From NCBI RefSeq assembly GCF_009931435.1, contig NZ_CP043414.1: a DNA stretch of 64,000 nucleotides, one strand, 5' to 3'. Shown here in pieces: positions 11,197-22,217 of this stretch; positions within the stretch are counted from its first letter, which is position 1, and each line of letters begins with the position of its first letter. The stretch is from Escherichia coli. GTDB taxonomy: Bacteria; Pseudomonadota; Gammaproteobacteria; Enterobacterales; Enterobacteriaceae. The notes beneath the pieces were generated by a model that ran no database searches, had not been told where the DNA came from, and was given only the letters and a program-made list of their open reading frames with translations. The position numbers were made by a program, and so were the translations under genes.

Positions 11197-11216
11197 TACT
11201 GTACATCCATACAGTA
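11197..11216. promoter_or_regulatory. LexA (SOS) box in the sulA promoter
   Basis: tACTGTacatccatACAGta fits the CTGT-N8-ACAG consensus, about 23 nt upstream of the sulA ATG. Confidence 0.9.
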
Positions 11217-11238
11217 ACTCACAGGGGCTGGATTGATT

Positions 11239-11748
11239 ATGTACACTTCAGGCTATGCACATCGTTCTTCGTCGTTCTCATCCGCAGCAAGTAAAATTGC
11301 GCGTGTCTCTACGGAAAACACTACAGCCGGGCTTATCAGTGAAGTTGTCTATCGCGAAGATCAGCCCATGATGACGCAACTTCTACTGTTGCCATTGTTA
11401 CAGCAACTCGGTCAGCAATCGCGCTGGCAACTCTGGTTAACACCGCAACAAAAACTGAGTCGGGAATGGGTTCAGGCATCTGGGCTACCCTTAACGAAAG
11501 TGATGCAGATTAGCCAGCTCTCCCCTTGCCACACTGTGGAGTCAATGGTTCGCGCTTTACGCACGGGCAATTACAGTGTGGTGATCGGTTGGTTGGCAGA
11601 TGATTTGACTGAAGAAGAGCATGCTGAACTTGTTGATGCGGCAAATGAAGGTAACGCTATGGGGTTTATTATGCGTCCGGTAAGCGCATCCTCTCACGCA
11701 ACGAGACAACTTTCCGGGCTAAAAATTCACTCTAATTTGTATCATTAA
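11239..11748 (+). CDS. sulA: SOS cell-division inhibitor SulA
   Basis: 169 aa from [13 protein letters not shown]...; the LexA box lies immediately upstream. Confidence 0.93.
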
Positions 11749-11971
11749 GTAAATTTAGGAGTAATCCTGGAACTTTTTTTGTCGCCCAGCCAATGCTTTC
11801 AGTCGTGACTAATATTCCTTGCGAAGTCTTGTCTGAAGCGGTTTCCGCGATTTTCTTCTGTAAATTGTCGCTGACAAAAAAGATTAAACGTACCTTATAC
11901 AAGACTTTTTTTTCATATGCCTGACGGAGTTCACACTTGTAAGTTTTCAACTACGTTGTAGACTTTACATC

Positions 11972-12104
11972 GCCAGGGGTGCTCGGCATAAGCCGAAGAT
12001 ATCGGTAGAGTTAATATTGAGCAGATCCCCCGGTGAAGGATTTAACCGTGTTATCTCGTTGGAGATATTCATGGCGTATTTTGGATGATAACGAGGCGCA
12101 AAAA
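11972..12104 (+). promoter_or_regulatory. ompA 5' UTR (about 133 nt, structured; Hfq/MicA target near the RBS)
   Basis: Sequence from gccaggggtgctcggcataagccgaag... to ...gaggcgcaaaaaATG matches the ompA leader as I recall it. Confidence 0.8.
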
Positions 12105-13157
12105 ATGAAAAAGACAGCTATCGCGATTGCAGTGGCACTGGCTGGTTTCGCTACCGTAGCGCAGGCCGCTCCGAAAGATAACACCTGGTACACTGGTGCT
12201 AAACTGGGCTGGTCCCAGTACCATGACACTGGTTTCATCAACAACAATGGTCCGACCCACGAAAACCAACTGGGTGCAGGTGCTTTTGGTGGTTACCAGG
12301 TTAACCCGTATGTTGGCTTTGAAATGGGTTACGACTGGTTAGGTCGTATGCCGTACAAAGGCGACAACATCAATGGCGCATATAAAGCTCAGGGCGTTCA
12401 ACTGACCGCCAAACTGGGTTACCCAATCACTGACGATCTGGACATCTACACTCGTCTGGGTGGTATGGTATGGCGTGCAGACACCAAGGCTAACGTACCT
12501 GGTGGCGCATCCTTTAAAGACCACGATACCGGTGTTTCTCCGGTCTTCGCTGGCGGTGTTGAGTACGCGATCACTCCTGAAATCGCTACCCGTCTGGAAT
12601 ACCAGTGGACCAACAACATCGGTGACGCACACACCATCGGTACTCGTCCGGACAACGGCCTGCTGAGCCTGGGTGTTTCCTACCGTTTCGGTCAGGGCGA
12701 AGCAGCTCCAGTAGTTGCTCCGGCACCAGCTCCGGCACCGGAAGTACAGACCAAGCACTTCACTCTGAAGTCTGACGTTCTGTTCAACTTCAACAAAGCA
12801 ACCCTGAAACCGGAAGGTCAGGCTGCTCTGGATCAGCTGTACAGCCAGCTGAGCAACCTGGATCCGAAAGATGGTTCCGTAGTTGTTCTGGGTTACACTG
12901 ACCGCATCGGTTCTGACGCTTACAACCAGGGTCTGTCCGAGCGTCGTGCTCAGTCCGTTGTTGATTACCTGATCTCTAAAGGTATCCCGGCAGACAAAAT
13001 CTCTGCACGTGGTATGGGTGAATCCAACCCGGTTACTGGCAACACCTGTGACAACGTGAAACAGCGTGCTGCGCTGATCGACTGCCTGGCTCCGGATCGT
13101 CGCGTAGAGATCGAAGTTAAAGGCATCAAAGACGTTGTAACTCAGCCGCAGGCTTAA
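12105..13157 (+). CDS. ompA: outer membrane protein A
   Basis: 346 aa from [21 protein letters not shown]..., with the APAPAPAP hinge and OmpA-C domain. The track ORF at 12033 is an in-frame upstream extension across the 5' UTR. Confidence 0.97.
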   Translation: MKKTAIAIAVALAGFATVAQAAPKDNTWYTGAKLGWSQYHDTGFINNNGPTHENQLGAGAFGGYQVNPYVGFEMGYDWLGRMPYKGDNINGAYKAQGVQLTAKLGYPITDDLDIYTRLGGMVWRADTKANVPGGASFKDHDTGVSPVFAGGVEYAITPEIATRLEYQWTNNIGDAHTIGTRPDNGLLSLGVSYRFGQGEAAPVVAPAPAPAPEVQTKHFTLKSDVLFNFNKATLKPEGQAALDQLYSQLSNLDPKDGSVVVLGYTDRIGSDAYNQGLSERRAQSVVDYLISKGIPADKISARGMGESNPVTGNTCDNVKQRAALIDCLAPDRRVEIEVKGIKDVVTQPQA

Positions 13158-13172
13158 GTTATCGTCTGATAG

Positions 13173-13201
13173 AAAAACCCCGCAGCTGCGGGGTTTTTTT
13201 C
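13173..13201. terminator. rho-independent terminator after ompA (may also serve convergent matP)
   Basis: Hairpin ccccgcagctgcgggg followed by a T8 run. Confidence 0.8.
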
Positions 13202-13232
13202 GCCTTGCGTAAATTGAACTGACTCTCGACAG

Positions 13233-13685
13233 TTATTCCTTACCCAGTAATGCCTGCAGATCCTGCTTTAAAGAAGACATTTTATTCGCGTATTTCTCTT
13301 TGTTTTCCGCATCTTCAATCAGCTGAACAATCGTTTCGGAAAGTGTTTTACCGCGACGCTGCGCCAGACCAGCCAGACGTTGCCAGACAATAAATTCCAG
13401 ATCGATCGATTTTTTGCGCGTATGCTGGTGTTCCGCATTAAAATGGCGCTTTCGTCTGGCCCGAATGGTCTGCTTCATGCGATTGACCAGTTCCGGATTC
13501 ATATGCTTGTCAATCCAGCCATTTACCAGCACGGGTTCATTTTCCAGCGAGAGCAACACATCGACGGCTTCCTGGGCGGCACTGGCTTCTATGTAACGGG
13601 TGATTAACTCCCCTTCGCGGTGCTTCTTCACCAGATACTTCCATTTCCAACCGCTTTCAAGATTTTCAAGTTGTTGATATTTCAT
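13233..13685 (-). CDS. matP: Ter macrodomain organiser MatP
   Basis: 150-aa ORF recognised as MatP (YcbG). Confidence 0.92.
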
Positions 13686-13870
13686 AGCGATCTCAATGTT
13701 ACCGTGTAACTCTTTACAGAATATCAGCTTTTTAGGCCAGTGAAGAAAAGAATCTCCATCCTGTGAGCTTTAACGCCCATGCCAGGAGTATTGTCGGTGC
13801 TTTCTACGTGTGCTGCAGTGCCGGTTACGGTATAATCGCGGCTTTGACAACAGACTAAAAAACATCAACT

Positions 13871-15631
13871 TTGACCATTACGAAACTTGCATGGCGTGAC
13901 CTGGTTCCTGATACCGATAGCTATCAGGAAATATTTGCTCAGCCACATTTGATTGACGAAAACGATCCTTTATTCAGTGATACTCAACCGCGACTGCAAT
14001 TTGCGCTGGAGCAGTTGCTGCATACGCGAGCATCCTCCTCTTTTATGCTGGCGAAGGCCCCGGAAGAGTCTGAGTATCTGAATCTTATTGCCGATGCCGC
14101 GCGTGCGCTACAAAGCGATGCAGGCCAACTGGTGGGCGGTCACTATGAGGTTTCCGGCCACACCATCCGCTTACGTAACGCAGTGAGTGCAGATGATAAT
14201 TTTGCGACTTTAACGCAAGTTGTCGCTGCCGACTGGGTAGAAGCGGAACAACTCTTTGGCTGCCTGCGCCAGTTTAATGGTGACATTACCCTGCAGCCAG
14301 GTCTGGTGCATCAGGCAAATGGCGGTATTCTCATCATCTCTTTGCGTACACTGCTGGCGCAACCTCTGCTGTGGATGCGGCTGAAAAATATCGTTAACCG
14401 CGAGCGTTTTGACTGGGTTGCGTTTGATGAGTCCCGCCCTCTCCCCGTCTCTGTGCCTTCGATGCCATTGAAGCTGAAAGTCATTCTGGTAGGCGAACGC
14501 GAATCATTAGCTGATTTCCAGGAGATGGAACCAGAGCTTTCAGAGCAGGCTATTTATAGCGAATTTGAAGACACTCTGCAGATTGTCGATGCGGAGTCAG
14601 TAAGCCAGTGGTGTCGCTGGGTGACATTGGCCGCCAGACATAATCACTTACCTGCACCGGGAGCGGATGCCTGGCCGGTACTTATCCGCGAAGCAGCACG
14701 CTACACCGGTGAACAAGAAACACTTCCGCTTAGCCCGCAGTGGATCCTCCGCCAGTGTAAAGAGGTCGCCTCCCTGTGCGATGGCGACACCTTCTCCGGC
14801 GAGCAGCTAAACTTAATGCTGCAGCAGCGTGAATGGCGTGAAGGTTTCCTCGCTGAACGCATGCAGGATGAGATCCTTCAGGAGCAAATCCTGATTGAAA
14901 CCGAAGGCGAACGCATCGGGCAAATTAACGCCCTTTCGGTCATTGAATTTCCGGGTCATCCGCGCGCTTTTGGCGAACCTTCTCGCATTAGCTGCGTTGT
15001 ACATATTGGCGATGGTGAATTCACTGACATCGAACGCAAAGCGGAGCTTGGCGGCAATATCCATGCGAAAGGGATGATGATCATGCAGGCGTTCCTGATG
15101 TCGGAACTTCAGCTTGAGCAACAGATCCCCTTCTCAGCATCGCTGACATTTGAGCAGTCATATAGCGAAGTGGATGGCGATAGTGCCTCAATGGCTGAAC
15201 TCTGCGCCCTGATAAGCGCCCTCGCCGATGTGCCGGTGAATCAGAGTATTGCTATCACAGGTTCAGTCGATCAATTCGGTCGCGCCCAGCCAGTCGGTGG
15301 TTTAAATGAGAAAATCGAAGGCTTCTTTGCTATTTGCCAGCAACGTGAGTTAACGGGGAAACAAGGTGTCATTATCCCCACTGCTAACGTTCGCCATTTA
15401 AGTCTTCACAGTGAACTGGTGAAAGCGGTAGAAGAAGGCAAATTCACCATCTGGGCAGTAGACGATGTGACTGACGCACTGCCGTTATTATTAAATCTGG
15501 TGTGGGATGGCGAAGGCCAAACGACGCTGATGCAAACCATCCAGGAACGTATCGCGCAAGCATCGCAACAGGAAGGACGTCACCGTTTTCCATGGCCATT
15601 ACGTTGGCTGAACTGGTTTATTCCGAACTGA
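13871..15631 (+). CDS. ycbZ: Lon-like protease YcbZ
   Basis: 586-aa ORF starting at a TTG codon; recognised as YcbZ. Confidence 0.88.
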
Positions 15632-15661
15632 TCGGACTTGTTCAGCGTACACGTGTTAGCT
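15626..15661. promoter_or_regulatory. fabA operator region: FadR site (aactgatcggacttgtt) and adjacent FabR palindrome (agcgtacacgtgttagct)
   Basis: Sequence matches the fabA FadR site as I recall it. It overlaps the ycbZ stop codon and sits about 40-75 nt upstream of the fabA ATG. Confidence 0.7.
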
Positions 15662-15699
15662 ATCCTGCGTGCTTCAATAAAATAAGGCTTACAGAGAAC

Positions 15700-16218
15700 A
15701 TGGTAGATAAACGCGAATCCTATACAAAAGAAGACCTTCTTGCCTCTGGTCGCGGTGAACTGTTTGGCGCTAAAGGCCCGCAATTGCCAGCACCGAACAT
15801 GCTGATGATGGACCGTGTCGTCAAAATGACCGAAACGGGGGGGAACTTCGACAAAGGGTATGTTGAAGCAGAACTGGATATCAATCCGGATCTGTGGTTC
15901 TTCGGATGCCACTTCATTGGCGATCCGGTTATGCCGGGATGCCTGGGCCTGGACGCAATGTGGCAGCTGGTAGGGTTCTACCTCGGCTGGCTGGGCGGCG
16001 AAGGTAAAGGCCGCGCACTGGGTGTTGGCGAAGTGAAATTCACTGGTCAGGTTCTGCCGACAGCGAAAAAAGTGACCTACCGTATTCACTTTAAACGCAT
16101 TGTTAATCGTCGTCTGATTATGGGTCTGGCAGATGGCGAAGTGCTGGTTGATGGTCGTCTGATCTATACCGCCAGCGACCTGAAAGTCGGTCTGTTCCAG
16201 GATACGTCTGCCTTCTGA
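15700..16218 (+). CDS. fabA: 3-hydroxydecanoyl-ACP dehydratase/isomerase
   Basis: 172 aa from [19 protein letters not shown]...; the track ORF has a 66-aa 5' extension. Confidence 0.95.
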
Positions 16219-16246
16219 TTGAAATCAGACAGAGTATAAAAAGGCG

Positions 16247-16278
16247 AAACCTCCGCATTGCGGAGGTTTCTTTTTAAA
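16247..16278. terminator. bidirectional terminator between fabA and rmf
   Basis: Hairpin cctccgc-att-gcggagg flanked by T/A runs on both strands. Confidence 0.75.
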
Positions 16279-16287
16279 GAGACAGAA

Positions 16288-16455
16288 TCAGGCCATTACT
16301 ACCCTGTCCGCCATGGCTTCTCGCCAGCCTCCCAGCCATTGTGACCTTTGATTCAGCGTCTGATAGGGACACATTTCTTTTGAGCGTCCGGCGATGCCGG
16401 CCTGATAACCACGTTGATGTGCCCGTTCCAGGCGATCTCGTTTTTGTCTCTTCAT
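16288..16455 (-). CDS. rmf: ribosome modulation factor
   Basis: 55-aa ORF read from the reverse complement (MKRQKRDRLERAHQRGYQAGIAGRSKEMCPYQ...). It is missed by the 60-aa ORF track, and the listed 16274..16471 ORF is a different frame. Confidence 0.9.
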   Translation of the reverse strand: MKRQKRDRLERAHQRGYQAGIAGRSKEMCPYQTLNQRSQWLGGWREAMADRVVMA

Positions 16456-16710
16456 GCCTCGTTTCCCTCATACTGGTTTCTGGTGGAAAAGAAAACAGTG
16501 ATTACTAAATGTGCAATCACAGTTAAGCAATACCGCGAATCATAACTGCCGTCAATGCGCAAAATTCACGCCACTGTCATATTTGTGAGCTACACGGGCA
16601 TGTCGGTTGTACAAAAAATGTGAAGAGGAACAACTTTTTCCGCACGTTAGAAACAAAAAAACCGCCTCAGGCTACATACCGGAGACGGTCATATTTACAA
16701 ATCTTTATAA

Positions 16711-17274
16711 TTAAGGTAGACGCTTTATCTCTTGCGCAATAGAAGCGGCTTCCTGACTCCAGACACTGGCCAGCACCTTAACCATCTCATCGTAACCATC
16801 CTGAGTTTGCACCCCTTCCAGACGGAACGGACGTTTGATCAGTTGTCCCTGGTGGTTCAACAGCCACTCACCACTGACAATGACCTTGCCATCATAGCGC
16901 CCGTTAAACTCCGTTACGGTAACATTGAGCGTATCCTGGGCGCTTCCCAGAGGCTGGGAGGCAACCACCCAGCCGGGCAGTTGCGTGCTCAGGTTGGCAA
17001 CCAGAGTGTTGCGCAACTGTTGATCCAACGGGCTGGCCCACAAGTTGTTGTTGGCAATCACATACTTCACATCACTGGTTTGATAAACCACACCATTTCC
17101 GGCCAGATAGTCAGGAACAGCGACCTGCTCTACCCATAACAGGCGATTACCCTGGCTGGCGGTACTTTGTGTACCGCTCTGCACCACAGGTAACTGGTAA
17201 TAGTTTTTATTGATCTCGCCGGAGCTGCATCCGGCCAGCCACAGTGCCGCAATCGTCACTAGCCACTTTTTCAT
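16711..17274 (-). CDS. pqiC: lipoprotein PqiC (MCE-associated intermembrane transport)
   Basis: 187-aa ORF with a lipobox (LAGC); recognised as PqiC (YmbA). Confidence 0.9.
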   Translation of the reverse strand: MKKWLVTIAALWLAGCSSGEINKNYYQLPVVQSGTQSTASQGNRLLWVEQVAVPDYLAGNGVVYQTSDVKYVIANNNLWASPLDQQLRNTLVANLSTQLPGWVVASQPLGSAQDTLNVTVTEFNGRYDGKVIVSGEWLLNHQGQLIKRPFRLEGVQTQDGYDEMVKVLASVWSQEAASIAQEIKRLP

Positions 17275-18911
17275 TGTTTCGCCCTCTTCGGCTCTGGATC
17301 TTTTTTGTCCTTCGCTTCAAATACCAGCGCGTTACTCTTCTCGTTGAGCGTTTTCAGCACCGGCTGCAGTTCACGCAACACCTGATCAAGGCGCTGCATA
17401 TCCGCCACCATCTTGTTGTAGGCTGCGGAGCCAGGCTGGAAGCCCTGCATACTGCGATTCAACTCACGTAATGTAGACTGCATATCGGTCGGCAACTGCT
17501 GCATCGACTGGCTGGCGAGGATCTTGTTCATGCTATCCAGCGTCGTTTGCAGGTTTTTCATGGTGCGCTGACTTTCAGAAAGCGTACTGGTCGCCTGCTC
17601 AATCATCGGATTCAATGGCAGTTTGTTGATCTTATCCAACGCTTCCATCAGACGCTGCTGGATTTGCGCCAGGCCACCGCTAACGGTCGGGATAATCTGA
17701 TAACCATTAAACTCACGAATACCGGTAATAGCAGGGCTATTTGGATAGAAATCGAGATCAACATACAGTGCGCCAGTGACCAGATTTCCGGTCTTCAGCG
17801 ATCCGCGTAAACCACGTTTCAACAATTCGCCAAGGTGCTCAACAACATCCGCATTTTCACCAAGCTGCATTTTCAGCCGCTCTGGTTCGATACGAATCAG
17901 TACCGGAATACGGTAATCATCGTTAAATGTCTGCCGCATATTCGGCGCAAAGAACGGTACTTTGCTTACGGTACCCAGGCGAATACCCCGGAATTCTACC
18001 GGAGCTCCCGGTTGCAGACCGCGTACCGAATCTTTAAAGAACATCAGATAATCAATGTGATCGGTGTACAACGAATCCTGAATGCTCTTCTGATCATCAT
18101 ACAAAACGAAAGCTGTTTTCGGTGCCACTGGCTGCCCTAAATCCAGACCTTCCGGCACATCAAAGCTGACACCGCCACTAAGCAGCGTTGTCAATGAGCC
18201 CATCTCCACACGCATTCCCGCTGACGTCAAATCAACCGCAATGCCACTATCTTTCCAGAAGCGAACATTGCTGGTCACCAGTCGGTCATAAGGTGCATTG
18301 ATGAACAGTTGATAGCTGATATTGCGTTTTTGCGTATCGAAGGTGCTGGTTTCAACCGAACCTACCCGATAGCCACGGAACAGCACCGGATCTCCTGGCG
18401 AGAGCTGCCCGGCTTTTTTACTATCGAGAATCACACGGATACCTTTTGCATCAGGCGGGGCCAACGGTGGAGAATCCAGCAAATCGTATTTATCCATTTT
18501 GCTGCCTTTCGCACCTGGTTGCAGTTCGATATATACCCCAGACAGCAGCGTACCCAGACCGCTAATCCCTTCTCGACCAATCTGCGGTTTTACCACCCAA
18601 AAGACGGTATCTTTATGCAGCAATTTTTCCATACCGGAATTCAGCCGCGCTTTGATTTCAACGTGCGTCAAATCATCAGCCAGTGTGGCGCTTTCAACCA
18701 CGCCGACGTCAACGCTACGGCTTTTAATGGTGGTTTTACCACCTTCTATTCCTTCCGCATTCGCGGTGATCAGGGTCACTTCCGGCCCCTGATGGCTGTA
18801 ATGATAAAAAAGAACCCAGGCCCCAATGAGCGCCGTGACGATAGGAAATATCCACACGGGAGACCAGTTCTTCACTTTCTGGATTTTGGCTTCCCCATTA
18901 TTAGATTCCAT
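17271..18911 (-). CDS. pqiB: MCE-domain intermembrane transport protein PqiB
   Basis: 546 aa from MESNNGEAKIQKVKNWSPVWIF...; 4-nt overlap with pqiC. Confidence 0.92.
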   Translation of the reverse strand: MESNNGEAKIQKVKNWSPVWIFPIVTALIGAWVLFYHYSHQGPEVTLITANAEGIEGGKTTIKSRSVDVGVVESATLADDLTHVEIKARLNSGMEKLLHKDTVFWVVKPQIGREGISGLGTLLSGVYIELQPGAKGSKMDKYDLLDSPPLAPPDAKGIRVILDSKKAGQLSPGDPVLFRGYRVGSVETSTFDTQKRNISYQLFINAPYDRLVTSNVRFWKDSGIAVDLTSAGMRVEMGSLTTLLSGGVSFDVPEGLDLGQPVAPKTAFVLYDDQKSIQDSLYTDHIDYLMFFKDSVRGLQPGAPVEFRGIRLGTVSKVPFFAPNMRQTFNDDYRIPVLIRIEPERLKMQLGENADVVEHLGELLKRGLRGSLKTGNLVTGALYVDLDFYPNSPAITGIREFNGYQIIPTVSGGLAQIQQRLMEALDKINKLPLNPMIEQATSTLSESQRTMKNLQTTLDSMNKILASQSMQQLPTDMQSTLRELNRSMQGFQPGSAAYNKMVADMQRLDQVLRELQPVLKTLNEKSNALVFEAKDKKDPEPKRAKQ

Positions 18912-18915
18912 ACTG

Positions 18916-20169
18916 TCAGGACTCCTCATGCTCTGATTCAGGTTGACGATCCCACGACAAACGCGGGTCAAACGTCATAGCAGAAAACATTGTCATTATG
19001 ACGACTAAAGCAAACATTAATGCACCCATTGCCGGATAAATACTCATTAAACCTCCCATACGCACCAGCGCCGAGAGCACCGCGATGACGAAAACGTCAA
19101 TCATCGACCAGCGGCCTACAAACTCAACAACTTCATAAATCAAATGCATTCTTTCACTGTCGCGCTTGCCATGTCCTTTAGCATCCCAACACAGCCACGC
19201 GATGGCGATCATCTTTAACGTTGGCACCATAATACTGGCCAGAAAGATAACCGCAGCGACGGGATAAGAGCCTTCGCTCCATAACAGAATAACCCCGGCG
19301 AGAATCGTCGACGGCATCTTCGAGCCTAATAAATCCGTCACCATGATGGGCAAAATATTCGCCGGCAGATACAACATGATGGACGTAACAAGCAGTGCGA
19401 GTGTCCACTGCAGGCTGTTTCTACGACGAACATACCCTTTGGTACTACAGCGCGGGCACACAGGTTCATCAGCAGGAAGGATTGCCGTGCAACAGGAGCA
19501 CGAACGCAGCCCCTGGCGTATCCCCGTGACGCCCGGTTTTAGCGGCTGGCGCAGTTCTGGCATTGGGGCGATATCGTCCCATAACCAGCGACGATCAACG
19601 CACTGAAAGGCGCGCAGTTGCAGGACACAAAATAAACACCAGGGGAGAAAGCTACTGCCGACACCAATGCTGCCGTAAGCCATCAGTTTAACGAAACTCA
19701 CCAGCACACCCGCGAGGAAAATCTCCGCCATTCCCCAGGTTTTGAGTTGAAAAAGCACCCGTGCCAGTTGCTCTTTTAAACGGACCGGTAATTCCGCGCG
19801 ATTCACCAGTAACAGAATGGTTATCAGACAAAACGCGGGAACCAGTTGCACAAACAACAGGAAAAAGGTGCCGAGGCTGGCGTAGTCCTCAGAAAAAAGC
19901 ACGCCGGGAATTTCCAGTAATGTAATTTCACTGGTAACTCCTGCAACGTTCATATTCACAAAAGGAAACAAGTTGGACAGCAACAGCATGAACAGTGCAG
20001 CCAACGCATAGGCGGTAGGACGCTGCCGAGGGGCATCCCACGCCACGGTTAACGTTGTGCCACACCGGGGACATGCCGCTTTCTGACCATGCTCAAGGCG
20101 CGGTAACGCCACCAGCATGTCACACTGCGAGCACAGGATGTGCTTCGCGGCATGATGATGTTCGCACAT
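18916..20169 (-). CDS. pqiA: paraquat-inducible inner membrane protein A
   Basis: 417-aa ORF with Cys-rich N-terminal motifs; recognised as PqiA. Confidence 0.92.
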   Translation of the reverse strand: MCEHHHAAKHILCSQCDMLVALPRLEHGQKAACPRCGTTLTVAWDAPRQRPTAYALAALFMLLLSNLFPFVNMNVAGVTSEITLLEIPGVLFSEDYASLGTFFLLFVQLVPAFCLITILLLVNRAELPVRLKEQLARVLFQLKTWGMAEIFLAGVLVSFVKLMAYGSIGVGSSFLPWCLFCVLQLRAFQCVDRRWLWDDIAPMPELRQPLKPGVTGIRQGLRSCSCCTAILPADEPVCPRCSTKGYVRRRNSLQWTLALLVTSIMLYLPANILPIMVTDLLGSKMPSTILAGVILLWSEGSYPVAAVIFLASIMVPTLKMIAIAWLCWDAKGHGKRDSERMHLIYEVVEFVGRWSMIDVFVIAVLSALVRMGGLMSIYPAMGALMFALVVIMTMFSAMTFDPRLSWDRQPESEHEES

Positions 20170-20298
20170 TGGTACTCCTTAATGATGCGCTATTTTACAG
20201 ATGACGAACAAAGTGTTGGTTTTCATGCCTGATAAACCCAGTGCATCAGGCAATTTTACCGTTGTCAGCTGTCTCTGTTTAAATCGACTATTTTGCGA

Positions 20299-22206
20299 TC
20301 AGCCACCATTTTTTAACGCTTCAAGATACTCCCAGCGTTCAAAGGCTTGCTCCAGCTCCTGCTCTGCAGCAGCCATATCGGCGAGCACTTTTTGTGTCTG
20401 CTCATGGGGCTGACTGAAGAAGGAAGCATCCGCCACCTGCGTCTGTAGGGCTTCCAGCTTCGCCTCCAGATCTTCGAGCAATTGCGGTAGCTGCTCCAGT
20501 TCGCGCTGCAATTTATAGCTTAGTTTGCTACTGCTGCGTTTTACAGTTTCTGCTTTTGGCACGGCGGTTTCTTCGGTTTTTTTCACCGCAGGCTGTTTAA
20601 GCGCCACATACTGTTCTTGCTGACCACGGGCATCATGATAACCGCCGACATAACGACCAATTTTACCGCCGCCTTCGAAGATCCAGCATTCTGTAACCGT
20701 GTTATCGACAAACTGACGATCGTGGCTCACCAGCAATACCGTGCCCTGGTAGCTGTCGATCAGTTCTTCCAGCAATTCCAGCGTTTCGACATCAAGGTCG
20801 TTGGTCGGTTCGTCAAGAATCAATAAATTGCTTGGTTTGAGGAACAAACGCGCCAGCAGCAAGCGGTTACGCTCACCGCCAGATAGCGCACGTACCGGCG
20901 TCATCGCCCGTTTCGGATGGAACAGGAAGTCCTGCAAATAACCCAGTACATGGCGTGGTTTGCCGTTAACCATCACTTCTTGTTTGCCTTCGGCCAGGTT
21001 ATCCATCACCGTTTTATCGGGATCCAGTTCCGCGCGGTGCTGATCGAAATAAGCCACTTCCAGTTTGGTGCCAACGTGAATACGCCCGCTGTCCGCCTGA
21101 AGCTGACCGAGCATCAGTTTCAGCAGCGTGGTTTTGCCGCACCCATTCGGGCCAATCAGGGCAATTTTGTCGCCACGTAGAACCTGGGCAGAAAAATCTT
21201 TTACCAGTTGCTTACCGTCAACCTGGTAGCAAACGTCTTCCATTTCGAAAACGATCTTTCCGGAGCGGCTGGCTTCTTCCACCTGCATCTTTGCGGTACC
21301 CATCACTTCGCGACGCTCGCCACGCTCGCGACGCATTGCTTTCAGGGCGCGTACGCGGCCTTCATTACGGGTACGGCGTGCTTTGATCCCCTGGCGGATC
21401 CACACCTCTTCCTGCGCCAGTTTGCGATCGAACTCGGCATTTTGTAGTTCTTCCACGCGCAGGGCTTCTTCTTTTTCCAGCAGGTACTGGTCGTAATTCC
21501 CAGGATAGGTCACCAACTTGCCGCGATCGAGATCAACAATGCGCGTCGCCATATTGCGGATAAACGAACGGTCGTGGGAGATGAAAATTATCGTCCCATT
21601 GAAGGTTTTAAGGAATCCTTCCAGCCAGTCGATGGTTTCGATATCCAGGTGGTTAGTCGGTTCGTCGAGCAGCAATACGCGCGGATTGCTCACCAGCGCG
21701 CGTCCTAATGCCGCTTTACGCAACCAGCCGCCGGAAAGCGACGACAGCGCAACGTTAGGATCTAACCCCAGTTGCGCCAGCACTTCGTTAATGCGGTTTT
21801 CCAGCTGCCACAGGTTGTGGTGATCCAACTGTTCCTGAACCTTCGCCAGTTCGTTGAGATTTTTCTCGCTCGGGTCGTTCATCACCAGGCGCGAAATATC
21901 GTGATAGCGTTTCAGGTATTCCGCTTGTTCTTCAATGCCTTCGGCAACGAAATCATAAACGCTACCCTCAACGTTACGCGGCGGATCCTGTTGCAGACGA
22001 GCGACAATCAAATCTTGCTCGTAAATAATGCGACCGTCATCCAGCCCTTGTTCACGGTTGAGGATTTTCATTAACGTCGATTTGCCTGCGCCGTTACGGC
22101 CTACCAGACAAACACGTTCGTTATCTTCGATATGCAGTTCTGCGTTATCGAGAAGCGGCGCGTCGCTGAACGACAGCCATGCGCCATGCATACTGATTAA
22201 TGACAT
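20299..22206 (-). CDS. uup: ABC-F family ATPase Uup
   Basis: 635-aa ORF with two ABC ATPase cassettes and a C-terminal coiled coil. Confidence 0.93.
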   Translation of the reverse strand: MSLISMHGAWLSFSDAPLLDNAELHIEDNERVCLVGRNGAGKSTLMKILNREQGLDDGRIIYEQDLIVARLQQDPPRNVEGSVYDFVAEGIEEQAEYLKRYHDISRLVMNDPSEKNLNELAKVQEQLDHHNLWQLENRINEVLAQLGLDPNVALSSLSGGWLRKAALGRALVSNPRVLLLDEPTNHLDIETIDWLEGFLKTFNGTIIFISHDRSFIRNMATRIVDLDRGKLVTYPGNYDQYLLEKEEALRVEELQNAEFDRKLAQEEVWIRQGIKARRTRNEGRVRALKAMRRERGERREVMGTAKMQVEEASRSGKIVFEMEDVCYQVDGKQLVKDFSAQVLRGDKIALIGPNGCGKTTLLKLMLGQLQADSGRIHVGTKLEVAYFDQHRAELDPDKTVMDNLAEGKQEVMVNGKPRHVLGYLQDFLFHPKRAMTPVRALSGGERNRLLLARLFLKPSNLLILDEPTNDLDVETLELLEELIDSYQGTVLLVSHDRQFVDNTVTECWIFEGGGKIGRYVGGYHDARGQQEQYVALKQPAVKKTEETAVPKAETVKRSSSKLSYKLQRELEQLPQLLEDLEAKLEALQTQVADASFFSQPHEQTQKVLADMAAAEQELEQAFERWEYLEALKNGG

Positions 22207-22217
22207 TACTATTCCTT

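Noticed and set aside
16274-16471. 65-aa minus-strand ORF listed in the track at the rmf locus
   Set aside because: It is the wrong frame. The real gene is the 55-aa rmf ORF at 16288..16455, which is below the track's size cut-off.
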